Assembly (NCBI GenBank): GCA_051047955.1
Contig: JBPGPT010000015.1
Location: forward strand, 124,001-188,000
DNA length: 64,000 nucleotides
DNA from: Cystobasidiomycetes sp. EMM_F5
Taxonomy: Eukaryota
Direction of reading: 5' to 3'
Positions within the stretch are counted from its first letter, which is position 1, and every line of letters begins with the position of its first letter. The notes under the pieces were generated by a model. That model did no database searches and was not told the origin of the DNA. It saw only the letters and a list, made by a program, of their open reading frames with translations. Below are positions 40,247-56,964 of the stretch, in pieces. Made by a program: the position numbers and the translations under genes.

Positions 40247-41831
40247 CTAGCGCTTGCCGAAATAGTGTTCAATCGTAGCAAAACGTTTGGCGCCTTTTGA
40301 CGGGGACCTAGGGACCAGAATACCAGAAGTACCGCTGCCACTGGCGACGGTGGAGCCTTGATTGAAAGGTCTGAAACGATTACCTTTGTTGACATGATGG
40401 AGAGAGTGGATGAAATTGAACATATTCGCTACGTCGTAGACGGATTTGCCCTGTTGCTTGGAGTCTTCAGAAAGAGCTGGCCAGATCCATCGGGTGTATT
40501 CTTGTCCATTGCATCTGTTGAGCCGCTTGGCAATGTTCTCCAGGTTGAAGTCCGGTAGATAGATCTTCTTGTTAGGATCAAGCTCTGAATCGGGATTACG
40601 AGAAAAGATCTCGTTTACAAGTCGGACCTGGGGATCATAGTATGTGAAGGATGATGCTTCGATGTCGTCTGGAAGATAAGCCTCGAGCGATAACATACGA
40701 TGGTATTCAGGACGTGAGGTTCCATAGCCAACGACCATAGCATCGTCGGACCAAGCTTTCCATTCTTCCATTGTAAGCGCCCAAGAACGCAATCTGGCAT
40801 CGGGCACAACGCCTTTGATGGTCTTGAGAGTGTCCCACCTGTTCGCACCGTCGACTCGTGTCAAGCAGGTCCATTCGTAGATATTGGAGGCTTCGTTGCC
40901 TTCCTGTATCGCGTTACATTCTGAGTCGATGTACTTGGCCTCCAGAGACGGCAGCGCTACTCTGCCCAGAATGCTTCGGATGTAGTCGTGCTTGAGATCC
41001 AAGGCTTCAAAAATGCTGATGGTTGGGGCCGGGAGCTCAGCGTTGTTTCTTCCTTTGCTGTACAATGTACCATCGTGACATCTGTCACAAGTGGTGGAGC
41101 CCTGTCGTGCTGGACTAGCACAGCTCGTACACTCGCCTCGTGCAATTTTGGCTTGCCGGCGTTCCTCAATGACTCCATTGTCCCGAAGCTGACGTTGTGA
41201 TCCGGAATTAGCCAGGTTACCAACGAGAACTTTACTTGCGCTACATACCTCTTGCATGCGGTCTCGCTCCTTCTCAAGGCAGCCTTCGCATTGTGTACGA
41301 TCTTCTTTGACGGGTTCTCCGCAACGCGTGCACACTCCGCTGAGTTTGCGCTTGTTCACTCTCTGTAAAATCAACTGAGCATCATCGTAGGTTGACTAGC
41401 TGTCAGATGCACTCACTTCCACGCTCCCTTCAATCATCGCCTCCAAGTGGAAGTCACAGAGAACGTGACCTTCTTTCGGGGGTTCTGTACACTTGACGCA
41501 TTGATGCTGCGCTACTTTGTTGTCGAAGTACTGCATGGCATCGTCAAGTCTTGCTAACCATCCTGATCAATGAGCATCATACCTTCTTGTTATTGTCCGA
41601 CTGTACCTGGCGATGCTTGGGGCAGTAGCTGTAGCCATCCTCAGCCGGCTCCGTACAGTCAATGCACCGGTTCTCCGCCTTCAGCTCGGCGCGACGAGCC
41701 TTCTTCCGTGCATTAATCGAGTCCATACATTCACGACAGCGAATCTTGCCCGGTACGGGTGTGCCGCCGCAGTTTGGACACAGATTCTTCTCGCGACGTT
41801 CAGTCTCAGCCCTCCGGAGTTTGAGTCCCAT
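40247..41831 (-). CDS. Orphan protein: five C-x2-C-x10-C-x2-C/H repeats + putative DEDD-like nuclease domain + PIP-like C-terminus
   Basis: Exons ~41831-41583, 41530-41417, 41362-41249, 41188-40247 with canonical splice sites; repeats read directly. The domain assignment is inference. Confidence 0.7.
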
Positions 41832-41985
41832 AGTGTGCGAATGGATATGTGGTTACGAGGAGGATGTGCTGGATGCGAGAGTGAAATGACGAGAGGCAAG
41901 AGACCATCTTAGCAACGCCCAGGCCGTCTGGATTTGGGCGTCAGCCTGCAGGGGTTTGATTAGTAGGCCAAGTCGATGTCGAGGA

Positions 41986-42001
41986 GGGGGGGGGGGGGGG
42001 G
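41986..42001 (+). repeat. Poly-G tract (16 G)
   Basis: Homopolymer read directly. Confidence 0.95.
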
Positions 42002-42060
42002 CACAGGGGTCGCCACCCAATCAGTGAATGGGCTTTGGTCATAGTTAACCCGCATCTCAG

Positions 42061-43247
42061 GCTTGTTCGCAAGGGCCGCATCGATGAAGCCAAGAGGTCG
42101 CTACGCCGATTCACTGGTGACGCAGAGAGCGATGCCGATATTGAAAAGACCGTAGCAATGATCCAGGCTACCAATGAGCTCGAGAAGACTTACAAGGAGG
42201 GAACCTCTTACTTCGACTGCTTCCGTGGTGTCGATCTCCGCCGAACTGAAGTATCCTCCCTCGTGTGGTTCATCCAGTCGTGGTGTGGTGCCTGTAAGCA
42301 TCACGATGGCATTTAATAATTGATCACTCTGACGCGGAACTCCTACAGCTTTCATGGGTTACAGTACATACTTTTACCGACAGGCAGGTCTCCCCCAGGA
42401 GCGTGCCTTTGACATGTCGATGGTACAATACGCCCTCGGAGCCATTGGCACCGTGAGTTTCAGCTGCGGTTCATACAATAACAAACTCAAGCTCACCCGG
42501 TCTCGTGCAGATGGCTTCATGGGGCGTTATGAGGAAGTTTGGACGACGAACGCTGTATTTGTGGGGCCAATATGCCATGTTGGTACTTATGGTCGTGAGT
42601 TCATACTGGTCTGCATTGTCTACCTCAGTATCTGAGCATAGGCTGCATGCATTCAGGTCATCGGCGGTCTAGGCTTTGCTCATCCTGAAACAAACTCGGG
42701 CATTGGCTGGGCCATCGGAACTGGTCTCCTCCTTTTCACTTTCGTCTACGATCTGACCGTCGGACCTGTATGCTACTGCCTTGTAGCTGAGCTGTCGTCC
42801 ACTCGCCTTCGAGCAAAGACTGTCGTGCTCTCTCGAAACTTATACAATATCGGTGGTATTGTCAACAACGTCATCACCCCGAATCAGCTGAACCCTGATG
42901 CATGGAACTGGTAAGCTCGAGCTACTTTCCGCTTTTCCCCCCACTATATTGACACCTATTCTCTCTTCACTAGGGGTGCAAAAGCCGGTCTATTCTGGGC
43001 TGGTATGCTTGTCCTCTGTAAGCGTTATTGGCAATGCTCTCCACGCACTAAGGCTAACTCGTAATTAGGCATCGCCTGGACTTACTTCCGCCTACCGGAG
43101 CCTATGGGTCGCACTTACGGCGAGTTGGACGTCTTGTTCGAGCACAAGGTCCCCGCACGCAAGTTCGCCACCACTCAGGTCGAATCGTTCGGTTATGACT
43201 CTTCTGCCCGTGACGATGAAAAGGAGATGCCCGTCCACATTCACTAA
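42061..43247 (+). pseudogene. 5'-truncated paralog of the maltose permease (C-terminal half only, exons intact)
   Basis: Exon-by-exon match to 38636-39831 (LVRKGRIDEAKRSLRRF...EKEMPVHIH*); no N-terminal half found upstream. Confidence 0.75.
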
Positions 43248-43606
43248 ATGATGGAATGATAGCGGCGGATTCCCTACTACTTTAATTATGGTCAGGTTTA
43301 TTGCATTTCCGGACGAGCTTGGTGTAATACATCGGCATTATTAGCATTCGTTCATAATTTGGCAACGGCATATGTATAGCCATGGTGATTAGCTCTGATC
43401 GTCAATACGAAAGGTGTCTGTTTTCATAGGATCTTTGAAGCGCCATTCGTGCTGAACACTCCTCTTCCGTGGTGGCCATATATCGTGAAAGCCAATGTAA
43501 GCGGCGTAAGCGATAGCAGGGGCGAGTATAGTCAACACATGAAAGAGTTTTCTTGCAATTCTCGCTATCATTTATACAGATGGACAGGCAGGTCTCACAG
43601 AAGCAC

Positions 43607-45169
43607 TCAAGCATACTTGGCTACATCCTCCTTGCTAGGAGGCGCAGGAGGTGCTGCGCTTGCGAGATTGCACTACACGCCAGTTTATCAGTATGACCTT
43701 ACTTGAATGAAAGCATAACATGACGCACCTGCCAGAAGGCTCGTACCTCGTCTGGGTGGAAGTGCCCACATACAGTGTGCAGGACCTATGGACACTGTTA
43801 GCGTATGCCTGATGTCGTGCAAGAAATCAGAACGTACGCCACGGTTATGGAAGAGACAGAGATCTCCTTGCTTCCAGTCATGCGCATATACGTATTTCGG
43901 TGCAATGGCAGGGCGTTGCAACTTGTAGAGAAGTTCGCGTGCTTCTTTGAGATCGCTGATAGTAGTTCCATCGGGATATAGTGCCTTGGACCGGTCGCCT
44001 TGATAATCAGCCGGTAGTGGATCTACGATGATCTTCTCCACACCGCAAGGGTGGACCTGGAAGTGCAATAGACCCGTCACCGGATTCTTCCAAGTCATTG
44101 GCAGGGTCTGGATTTGACTCTCCGTCCAAGCTGGCAACTTCTCTTTGGGAGTTTCGCGGCCCTCGCTCTCGATGCCCAAGCCAGTTGACATTGCTCTCGC
44201 ATCAGAGATTGCCACATATGGGTGCGGCATGTATTGGACCTTGCTGCGCACAGCGAGGGATTTGTATTCCGGTGAGAGGATATCAAACATGTTGGTGCCT
44301 GATACGAAGGCGGTAGTACCGAGCGGCACGTCGAGTTTGTCGCCAGTACCATCGTCGTATACTATAGTTTGACGACGTCCCGCTGGTACCGAAAGCGCAT
44401 ACAGAGTAGTTGCGACTGGATTTGCGCAAGCAATCACTCAGCCTGGTTTTGGTCACCATACACTACTGGCTCTTACCAGGAGTCTGCTTTGATTGATCGT
44501 AAAGGGCCGAGTCGATATGCCTGATCAGCTTGAATACTCAGATGAGACGCATGCCCGTTCGATGAATTCAACGCACCATCTGTAATAACGAGCTAGCCCC
44601 TCATCTTCTTGCTGCGAGGTCAAGGTCGTCTTGTGGAAAGTCTGGTGATTCGGGTGCTTCAGACGGGGCTTTTCGAGACCTTGCGTAATGCGATGATCCT
44701 CGGGCACTCCGTTACCAATGAGCTGCACCTCTGGGCGGTTCGGCAAGGTTTTGAGGTCAGGGTGCTGTCAACACCTGAAAGTCAGCAGGTCCTTGTGCTT
44801 CACCAGGGACAAGCGGAGACGGGCTTACAAGAATACTCTTGACTTCCTTTCCAGTCTTATTGTTGCCGTGACCCTGATGACAAGAAGAAGGGATGAGCAA
44901 TCCGCGTCTCGCCTGTTCAAAAACATCCTCACATAGGTCGTAGCTTGCTTATCAAACCATTTAGTCAAAGCAAGCTGCGCTTCCGGATCCACATCCACGC
45001 CATGGAATACGAGTATCGAGTGCTTGTACAGCAAGTCCTCAATCTCCTTGTAATCTTCCGGTGTGGCATTCTTGGGCGCAAAGCCTTCCACGACCCGACC
45101 AAAGTCCGGAAGCTCGGAAGCTGCGTACGGTGCTGGCGCAGTCAAGGGTGTCACTTTGATGCCGCCCAT
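43607..45169 (-). CDS. xanA: Alpha-ketoglutarate-dependent xanthine dioxygenase (TauD family, multi-exon)
   Basis: YGHGN, HPDLKTLP..PEVQLIGNG, RYYRWHIDSALY, PLGTTAFVSG, WKNPVTGLLHFQVHPC, HDWKQGDLCLFHNRGVLH. Confidence 0.88.
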
Positions 45170-45417
45170 GATGTATCGGAGATGTGTTGCGATTGGCGGG
45201 CCTCTGTTTAGCAGTTGGCTTCTCTCGGATTCGTCAAAGCAAAGCAACGCAAAGCACGAGATAACGCAAACCATGGCAATCGTGGCAACTCGGCCGACTA
45301 GGAGATGGTAGTGAAGTATCGAGCTTTTGCGTTGTAATACTCTGCGACTCTATATTGAAATCTCGGGATCCTTCTTGCACCTTTTATGTGCTTGACCAGA
45401 GCTTCTGTTAGCTCGTT

Positions 45418-47672
<2,255 letters not shown>

Positions 47673-47823
47673 GGCTGATTGCCAGTAATGAGCAGCAAGA
47701 AGCAAAGTGTCACAGCTGTCACCGAAAAAGCCCAAGGAGTGCGGGCGCATCAGGCACAATTGTGTTCTCGATTGCCCCGCAAAACAGCGCGCTCTGCCTA
47801 CTCTGACCAAGGGGTGTACACTC

Positions 47824-50223
47824 CTACAATGCATAAAGATACACACGTCCCTCCCATGGGGCTAGAACAGACTCGGCAGGTTCCGATACAGCGCTTGCCA
47901 ACAATTTCGGCTTGCAAGCTGCGCCAATCTGCGGAAACGAGAAAGGCTGCTCCTGCTCTGTAAAATTCAGAGCTACGAAGAGCAAACTCTTGTCTTTGCC
48001 CGTATAGGAAGACTTCTTGAAGAGGAACGTCTTGTCATTTGCGGCGTCTACCACATCGAAGCGTCCGAAAGTGAAAATATCGGGGTGTTGTTTGCGCCAG
48101 TCGAGCATCTTTCGCCAGAGATTGAGCGTGCTATTGACGTCGTGCTCCTGTTGCTCAACATTGATGTCCGTGTAGTGATCGCTCACACGCATCCTACATA
48201 CATTTGCATTAGCATCTGCACGTTAGTGTTCTTTTAAGTACTGGCTCACCAAGTCTTCTCAGCAGTAGAGAAGCCTGCCTGAGTATTTGCACTCCACTGC
48301 ATCGGGGTCCGAGCATGATCACGCGCTACTTTTTGCAGGCCAAAGATTGCACCTTCGACAGTGAATCCAGCATCTAGTCCGTTCTCAAGGTCTTTGGTGA
48401 AGCGCTTCCAGTATATTGTAGTGGCAGGATCACGGTACTCGTCTAACGGCCACGACTTTGGCATGTTTGGTGTCCTGCATATTCATATCTCGTTAGACAC
48501 GCTAGTACCTCATAAAAAGCCATACTGACCCGATCTCCTGACCTGTGAGCATGATACGTTAGCCACTTTCTACCAAGTACGGTGATACCTATACTCGCCT
48601 TGGTACAGCAGAAGTGTCCCGCTGAGAGAAGCCATGAAGATGCAGAGCATTTTTGCGCTGACTTCCCTATATTCAACTGAATCATTGCCGAAACGGCTCA
48701 CGCTCCGAGCTTGATCTGAAGGACGCGGTTCAGTCGAATATCAAGACATCAATGCTTACCATACCATGTGACTCAAAATAGGTCGCCAACCATGCGCTGA
48801 ACTTGGGATCAGCTAGGTCCTGCTCCATCTTGGTCATGGCCTTGATATCTGGCAAATAAGGTTCCTTGTGATACATGTAGTATCGGCCATCGAGACCTTC
48901 AGAGGTGGACGTCAGTCAGCTTATAACCTCCGAGAAGTGTGGTTAGGAGTCCACATACCGAAATGGTCAAGATAGACGGTGTTAACTGTTTGGATTTTGG
49001 TTTAGGCCATTCCTCCAGCACCGTATACGCAATACTCACATCGAATAGCCATGTCATACTTTTTCTGATGCGCAGCAAGGTACTTGAGCATAGTTTCGTT
49101 TGTTGTTTTGCCTGGCAGTTCCGCAATGGTGACGGCACCGTACTTGGCGAAAGTTTGAGCATTGAGTTCCTGCAGGTAAGTATGCAGGTTGGGTCCTTCG
49201 TGCATGCGATGCAGCGCAGGCTGCACGTAGTTGAGCTCATCGACTATCTCAACATCCTCAAATGCATGCTTAGAGTACAAGCCGGAGACATCAACGCGGA
49301 AACCATCCACGCCCCGCTCCAGCCAGAATGTGACTGCCTCCTCGTAGATTGCCTTGCGAACCTCCTTGTCCTCCCAATTCAGATCGGGTTGCTAAAATCT
49401 CATTAGCCGGTCATTTATTGCTCGTCGCCTCACGTCAACCTACTTCGACAGTGAACAAATGAAGATAGTATTCGCCCGTGCGTTCGCTATATTCCCAGAC
49501 TGAATCGCCAAATACAGCCCGCCAGTTTGTGGGAGGCATCCGATTTCCATCTGCATCATAACGAGGTGGTCGCCAATGATAGAACTTTCTGTACGGATTG
49601 TCTTTTGATTTCTCGGACTCAAGAAACCAGCGATGCAAGTGACTGGTGTGGTTGATGACTGGCGAACTCTGTTAGTGGAATACTTGAATGATTCATAAAG
49701 AACATACCGAGATCAAACAAAACTTTGAGGCCCCGGTCATGACAACCTTTGATAATTGCATCGGCATCTGCCAGACTGCCATATCTAGGGTCTACAGCCC
49801 TGTAGTCGCTGATATCGTAGCCGCCACTATGTTCCACATATCAGGGACGACGATATCCGTGCGCATATACGCTGACATACTCGACGTTCGGAGTCTCGAA
49901 GAATGGAGAGATCTGTTTTTAGGCACGCAAGTTAGCTATAACAGTAAGGATACGCTGCGTTGGCTTACCCAGACGGCATCGACCCCGAGACTCTTCACAT
50001 AATCCAATTTGCTGAGAATGCCTTGAAGGTCCCCAAAGCCGTCTCCGTTACTATCCTTAAACGAAGCTTGAAAGACATTCAGTACTCCTGGGACATCACA
50101 GAACAGTAATTTACCTGGATAAATCTACGCAGGGACTCAGCACACTCTCCCATTGCACTCAAAAAGATAGTGACCCACTTGATATACGCATGCGCTTTTC
50201 CACCATTGCTGTGCAGCATCCAT
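47824..50223 (-). CDS. GH13 alpha-glucosidase 3, isomaltase-type signature (multi-exon)
   Basis: [49 protein letters not shown]. Confidence 0.92.
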
Positions 50224-50729
50224 ACTGTCGAAATCACGGAATGCGGTCGCAAGGTAAAGAGACGAGGAAAGCGCTTGCGCTCATCATCAGCAGTCAGTGC
50301 CGATGTTGTACGATAGTCTGAACGTATAGCTTCTGTAGCGAGATACACCCGTGACCTAGCCGAGACGGTACGTTAACGACCATGGAGCCTTCGCTTCGGT
50401 CATTGGGGAAGTCTCGGCTAAGGTATGCGGACGCGAACAGTGGCAGAAGATTGGATGGGAAGACTCTTGGTACGATGCTGCCAGACTCCTCGACTTTCGT
50501 CGTCAATCAAGCCAGCTCATCGCATCAGACTTTTTGGGGCACCGGCGCTGACGTATATCGTCAGTGTAGTATACAGGAAGGTGCCTTTGCTGCATCATCG
50601 ATGCTGTGATCGTACTCCGCATGCATGATATTCGAAGATTGGGACGAGCAGGATGAGCAAAAAGGTTGGATTGACTCGGTGCGAACACTGCAAGGTCCAC
50701 GATGGGGAAGTACAACGAAGGTTGACAAG

Positions 50730-53126
<2,397 letters not shown>

Positions 53127-53391
53127 CGCTGTTGGAGTATTGCAGAGACTAGACCTACTCTAGCGAGCTATTCTCAGCCTCGTTTGTGCGCCACGCGATT
53201 CGGGCAATGTCTTGCCGAGCATTCGTTTACGACTAGCGATGCAGAGAAAAGTAACCACAATTGTCCAAGGCGACTTTACGGTCAAGTCAGTTGCATTAGC
53301 CCATGTTGGAATACAAAGCGGCTCAGTATACTTGACCTGGACGCAATTCGACTTTACGCGTTGTTTGGCTAGGCACTGACTACGAAGCAGC

Positions 53392-55226
53392 ATGGAAATT
53401 GACACTGAAGCCGGGCCATCAGGTCAACCGCAGCTAGACACTGCAGCAGCTACATCTGAGCCTGCTGACGCTGCCGTGAGGCTGTTGGCCAAGTCGCCGG
53501 CTGGCCGAGTCGTTCTTAGCGATGACGACCCATTCGACCTCGATGCATACATTCAGCACTACCAGGGTCGGCGGCGTATCGAGCGCTTGTTGTTTGTCGC
53601 TCGTCGCAGCCCGACTCTGCACGAAAAGGCTCTCAAGCTTGCGTTGCAAGCTGTCGAGCAGTCATCGCTCGACTACAAGCTGTATCTAGCCATCCTCAAA
53701 GAATGTCCGCAAGCTGAAGGTAGTCAAGGATCGGCTGCTTCTCACACTGGAGGTAGCGAAGAGTGGGCTGAGAATGCCAGAGTCAAGCAGGAAAGTGGGA
53801 TGGAGAAGCTCGACGTCGAACTCAAGAATTATCAGAACAACCTCATCAAGGAGAGTATCCGGGTGCGTAGATGAGCTCAAACCAATCCCATATACCGCCC
53901 TCTGACTGTGTATTTCCACCAGATGGGATTCAGAGACATTGGTGACTTTCAACGCAAGTCTGGAGATTTAGCTGGGGCTATCCGTTCATACGGCAAGTCG
54001 AGGGAGTTCTGCACAACATCTCAACACATACTCGACATGTGTCTGAGCGTGGTGGATGTGGGTGTTTGTCGTCTATGGATAAACCTCAAAACCGGCTAAA
54101 GGGAACCATTGCAGACTGCGCTTGACCAGTGCTCGTATGCCACAGTTCGCGCTCACGTCATGAAAGCCGAGCACGCGCTATCATCTGTCACAGGCAGCGC
54201 AAAGAGCGTAGAAACCGCAGCCAGTCGTGGTGTGAATTTGCCTGGCATGCTCGCTGCCAATCAACCAGGGAGACGAGAGGAGGAGGCGCGGACGAGACAG
54301 CTACAGTTCTTAGGAGAGAAACTCACAGTCGCCAACGCTGTTGCGTCACTCGGCCAATCAGATTATAAAGGCGCCGCTAGAGGGCTCCTGAATATCTCTT
54401 CTCCACAATCTGGCTCAATTGCTGCAGTATCCAGTTCCAGAGAATCCACATCGACAAACACAGCACACTACATCTCAAATGCTGATATCGGATTGTATGG
54501 CGTACTTTGCGGAATGGCAACATTGACAAGGCCAGAATTCAAACGACTCGTTTTGGAGAATGCAGAATTTCGTCCATACCTCGAGCACAATTCCTTCCTC
54601 AAGGACGTAATGCTACAGTACTACACCTCGAAATTCCAGTCGGCTATCCACATTCTCGAGAAAAACATGTCTAGAATGTTATTAGACATTCACCTCTTCA
54701 AGCATGTAGCTCATCTCGTTGGAAGAATCAAGGACAAGATGGTCGAGCTGTACTTTGAGCCATTCAAAGCTGTCAAGCTGGACAAAATGGCCGTATCTCT
54801 CGGCTGGGATAGCAAGATGCTGGAACATGAGCTCGTTCGGCTCATTCAGAACGGCACGCTCAAAGCCAGAATCAACACCATGACAAAGGTATGAACTGAC
54901 GATTCCTGATATCAGCACATGATTGATTGAATTGAGCATAGACACTGGTGGCGCATACTCCTGATGAGCGGGCAACATTGTTCGACCATACCCTTAGAAC
55001 TGTCAACGACAACGATGCGACTGCCCGCGCTATGGCATGGCGGATGAAGCTGATCCAGGCAGACATCATTGTCGATGCGAAGAAGGACTCGACCCCGCAG
55101 CATAACGGGCAACAACAACAGGGCAATCATCAGAAGGGCGGCGGCCAAAAGGGCGGAAATACCAAAAAGAGTGACAAGCACGCTACCTCTCGTAGTGTCG
55201 ACATGCGCAACTCGCATACCGCATAA
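53392..55226 (+). CDS. CSN1: COP9 signalosome subunit 1 (multi-exon)
   Basis: FDLDAYIQHYQGRRRIERLLF, EKLDVELKNYQNNLIKESIRMG, SREFCTTSQH, PCI-domain end LKARINTMTK. Confidence 0.92.
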
Positions 55227-55461
55227 ATCGGACTTTTGAGCTTTCCCGTTGCAGTCAGCGTAGTCTCAGAAGCAGTAGAAATATGAGTAAAAGTGCAGTA
55301 AGCATTGCGGTAACCTCCTACGTACCGAGGCGCCGCTTCAGACATGTTGTGATTCCTACAAGCCCAACGGCCAGTCATCGCATTCTCCAATTGACTGTCA
55401 AAAACAAGGCAATCGATAGCTAACAGTAGGACTGGCACAGTAATACTGGGTAAACAGCACG

Positions 55462-56847
55462 TTACGCTCCACCATCAAAGCCTTTGCCCGAAGCGTACAT
55501 GTACAGGCGCCTTCGATTCGTTCCCTCCGTTTGTGGCTTTGCGCCTTGGTCGAAGATGCACCGGAGAATAAGATTTCTAATATCGCTCGGCTGGTCCGCA
55601 AGGATATTGCCGTACTGTTCTTCCTCTTTGCTCACTGCGTCATCCCCCTTTCTCCGTTTCGCAGGTGGCTCGGATTCATCTTCAGCGTCTGCATTTTTGC
55701 CGATCGCATCCAGTAACGGGTCGAAGATGTTCTCGGTGATGCGCATTATGGCAGTCTTGTTAATAGCAACACTCAATTGGACCATGAGGGGTTCTAGTAT
55801 CGCGACCAGAGGTGCCGGTACACGAATTGCGTCTTCGGAACCTTCCGCAGTTTCAGGATTGCAAGAGGCCAACGCGCGATCAAGCTCGTCGAGGTAGATG
55901 TCTATGATATGGTACGCCATGCTGACAGATGTCTGATTATCCTGTAGGCTGGAGTGCAATATGTCAGAGATGGTATTGACTGATCCACCCTCATATACAC
56001 ACTGGAGGGGACCTCCCAGACGAGTCAATATGTCGAAAACTTCTTGCATCAGGATAGTATTCCATTGTGACTTTGCCATCATCTGAAATGTACAGCAGAG
56101 CATACGTCTCATCAACGTGTAGAATTTGTCCGTTCTGCAGCCAAGTCAGACTTGCGGCATTTCTCTGGAAGAGAGGTTGCCTACCTATGCTTGTCGACGT
56201 TTGGCCACTCTTTTGTCATCGTCGACCAGAATGCAGAGAGATAGGTTACTGCAGCTTTGTTCCGTTTGGCCTGTGACGATAATTGCTTGTTTTCCAGTAG
56301 CGAAAGCAACGGTGTGGCCAATTGATTTGCTAGTTGGTGCTGAGGCATGGGCTTATCACACATGTACATGCCTGTAGTCGCAACGTTCTCAGAACGGAGC
56401 GCTACGGACATCGTCTCATCTTTACATACAGTAGAAACAGCCTTGCCAGAGGACCAGCATCTGTTCTTGTCGAAACGCTTTCGGCAACTTGATAGAGTTC
56501 CAGTCCTCCCTAGTTGTTGGCAATTGCCCGTCCTGCTCCTGCTCCTGCTGCTCCTTTTGTAATTCCTCTTCATTGTTGTCGTCTGTACCAGCTAGGAAAT
56601 CAAGTAAGCGCTCTACGGCAGCTTCGCGGATGTCCTTGTCTGCAGATCAAGGTCCATGCGCGTCAGCTTGCAATACATCTTTGCAATGTCCGTACATTTA
56701 CGTACCGCTGGACGCCAACAAGCGACCTAATGGCGGCTTCGACTTCTGCTTGCTGCCAGCAGGTCGGCTCTTCTTTAACGTCTTGCGCACGGCATGGTCA
56801 ACGATAGCGGAAGTGGACGGTTCAGCGAGAACAGTGATGCCAGACAT
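55462..56847 (-). CDS. RRP1: Nucleolar rRNA processing protein Nop52/Rrp1 family (multi-exon)
   Basis: LGRLLASS.KDIRE, WSSGKAVFYCMYMCDKPMPQHQLA, AFWSTMTKEWPNVDKHR..KFY, YHIIDIYLDEL. Confidence 0.85.
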
Positions 56848-56964
56848 GATAATGGCAAGATGCTACGCAAACAGACCAGATTTTTATCAGACATGAACAT
56901 AACGCCGACGTGATCGATGAAACGAATGCAAAATCAATGCTGACGGCTTTGCAGTACACGAAGA

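Noticed and set aside
39960..42060. Terminal inverted repeats or target-site duplication around the orphan zinc-ribbon gene
   Set aside because: Only a 7-nt GGGTTAA match between the two sides; no convincing TIR, TSD, Helitron end or transposase motif, so no mobile element is called
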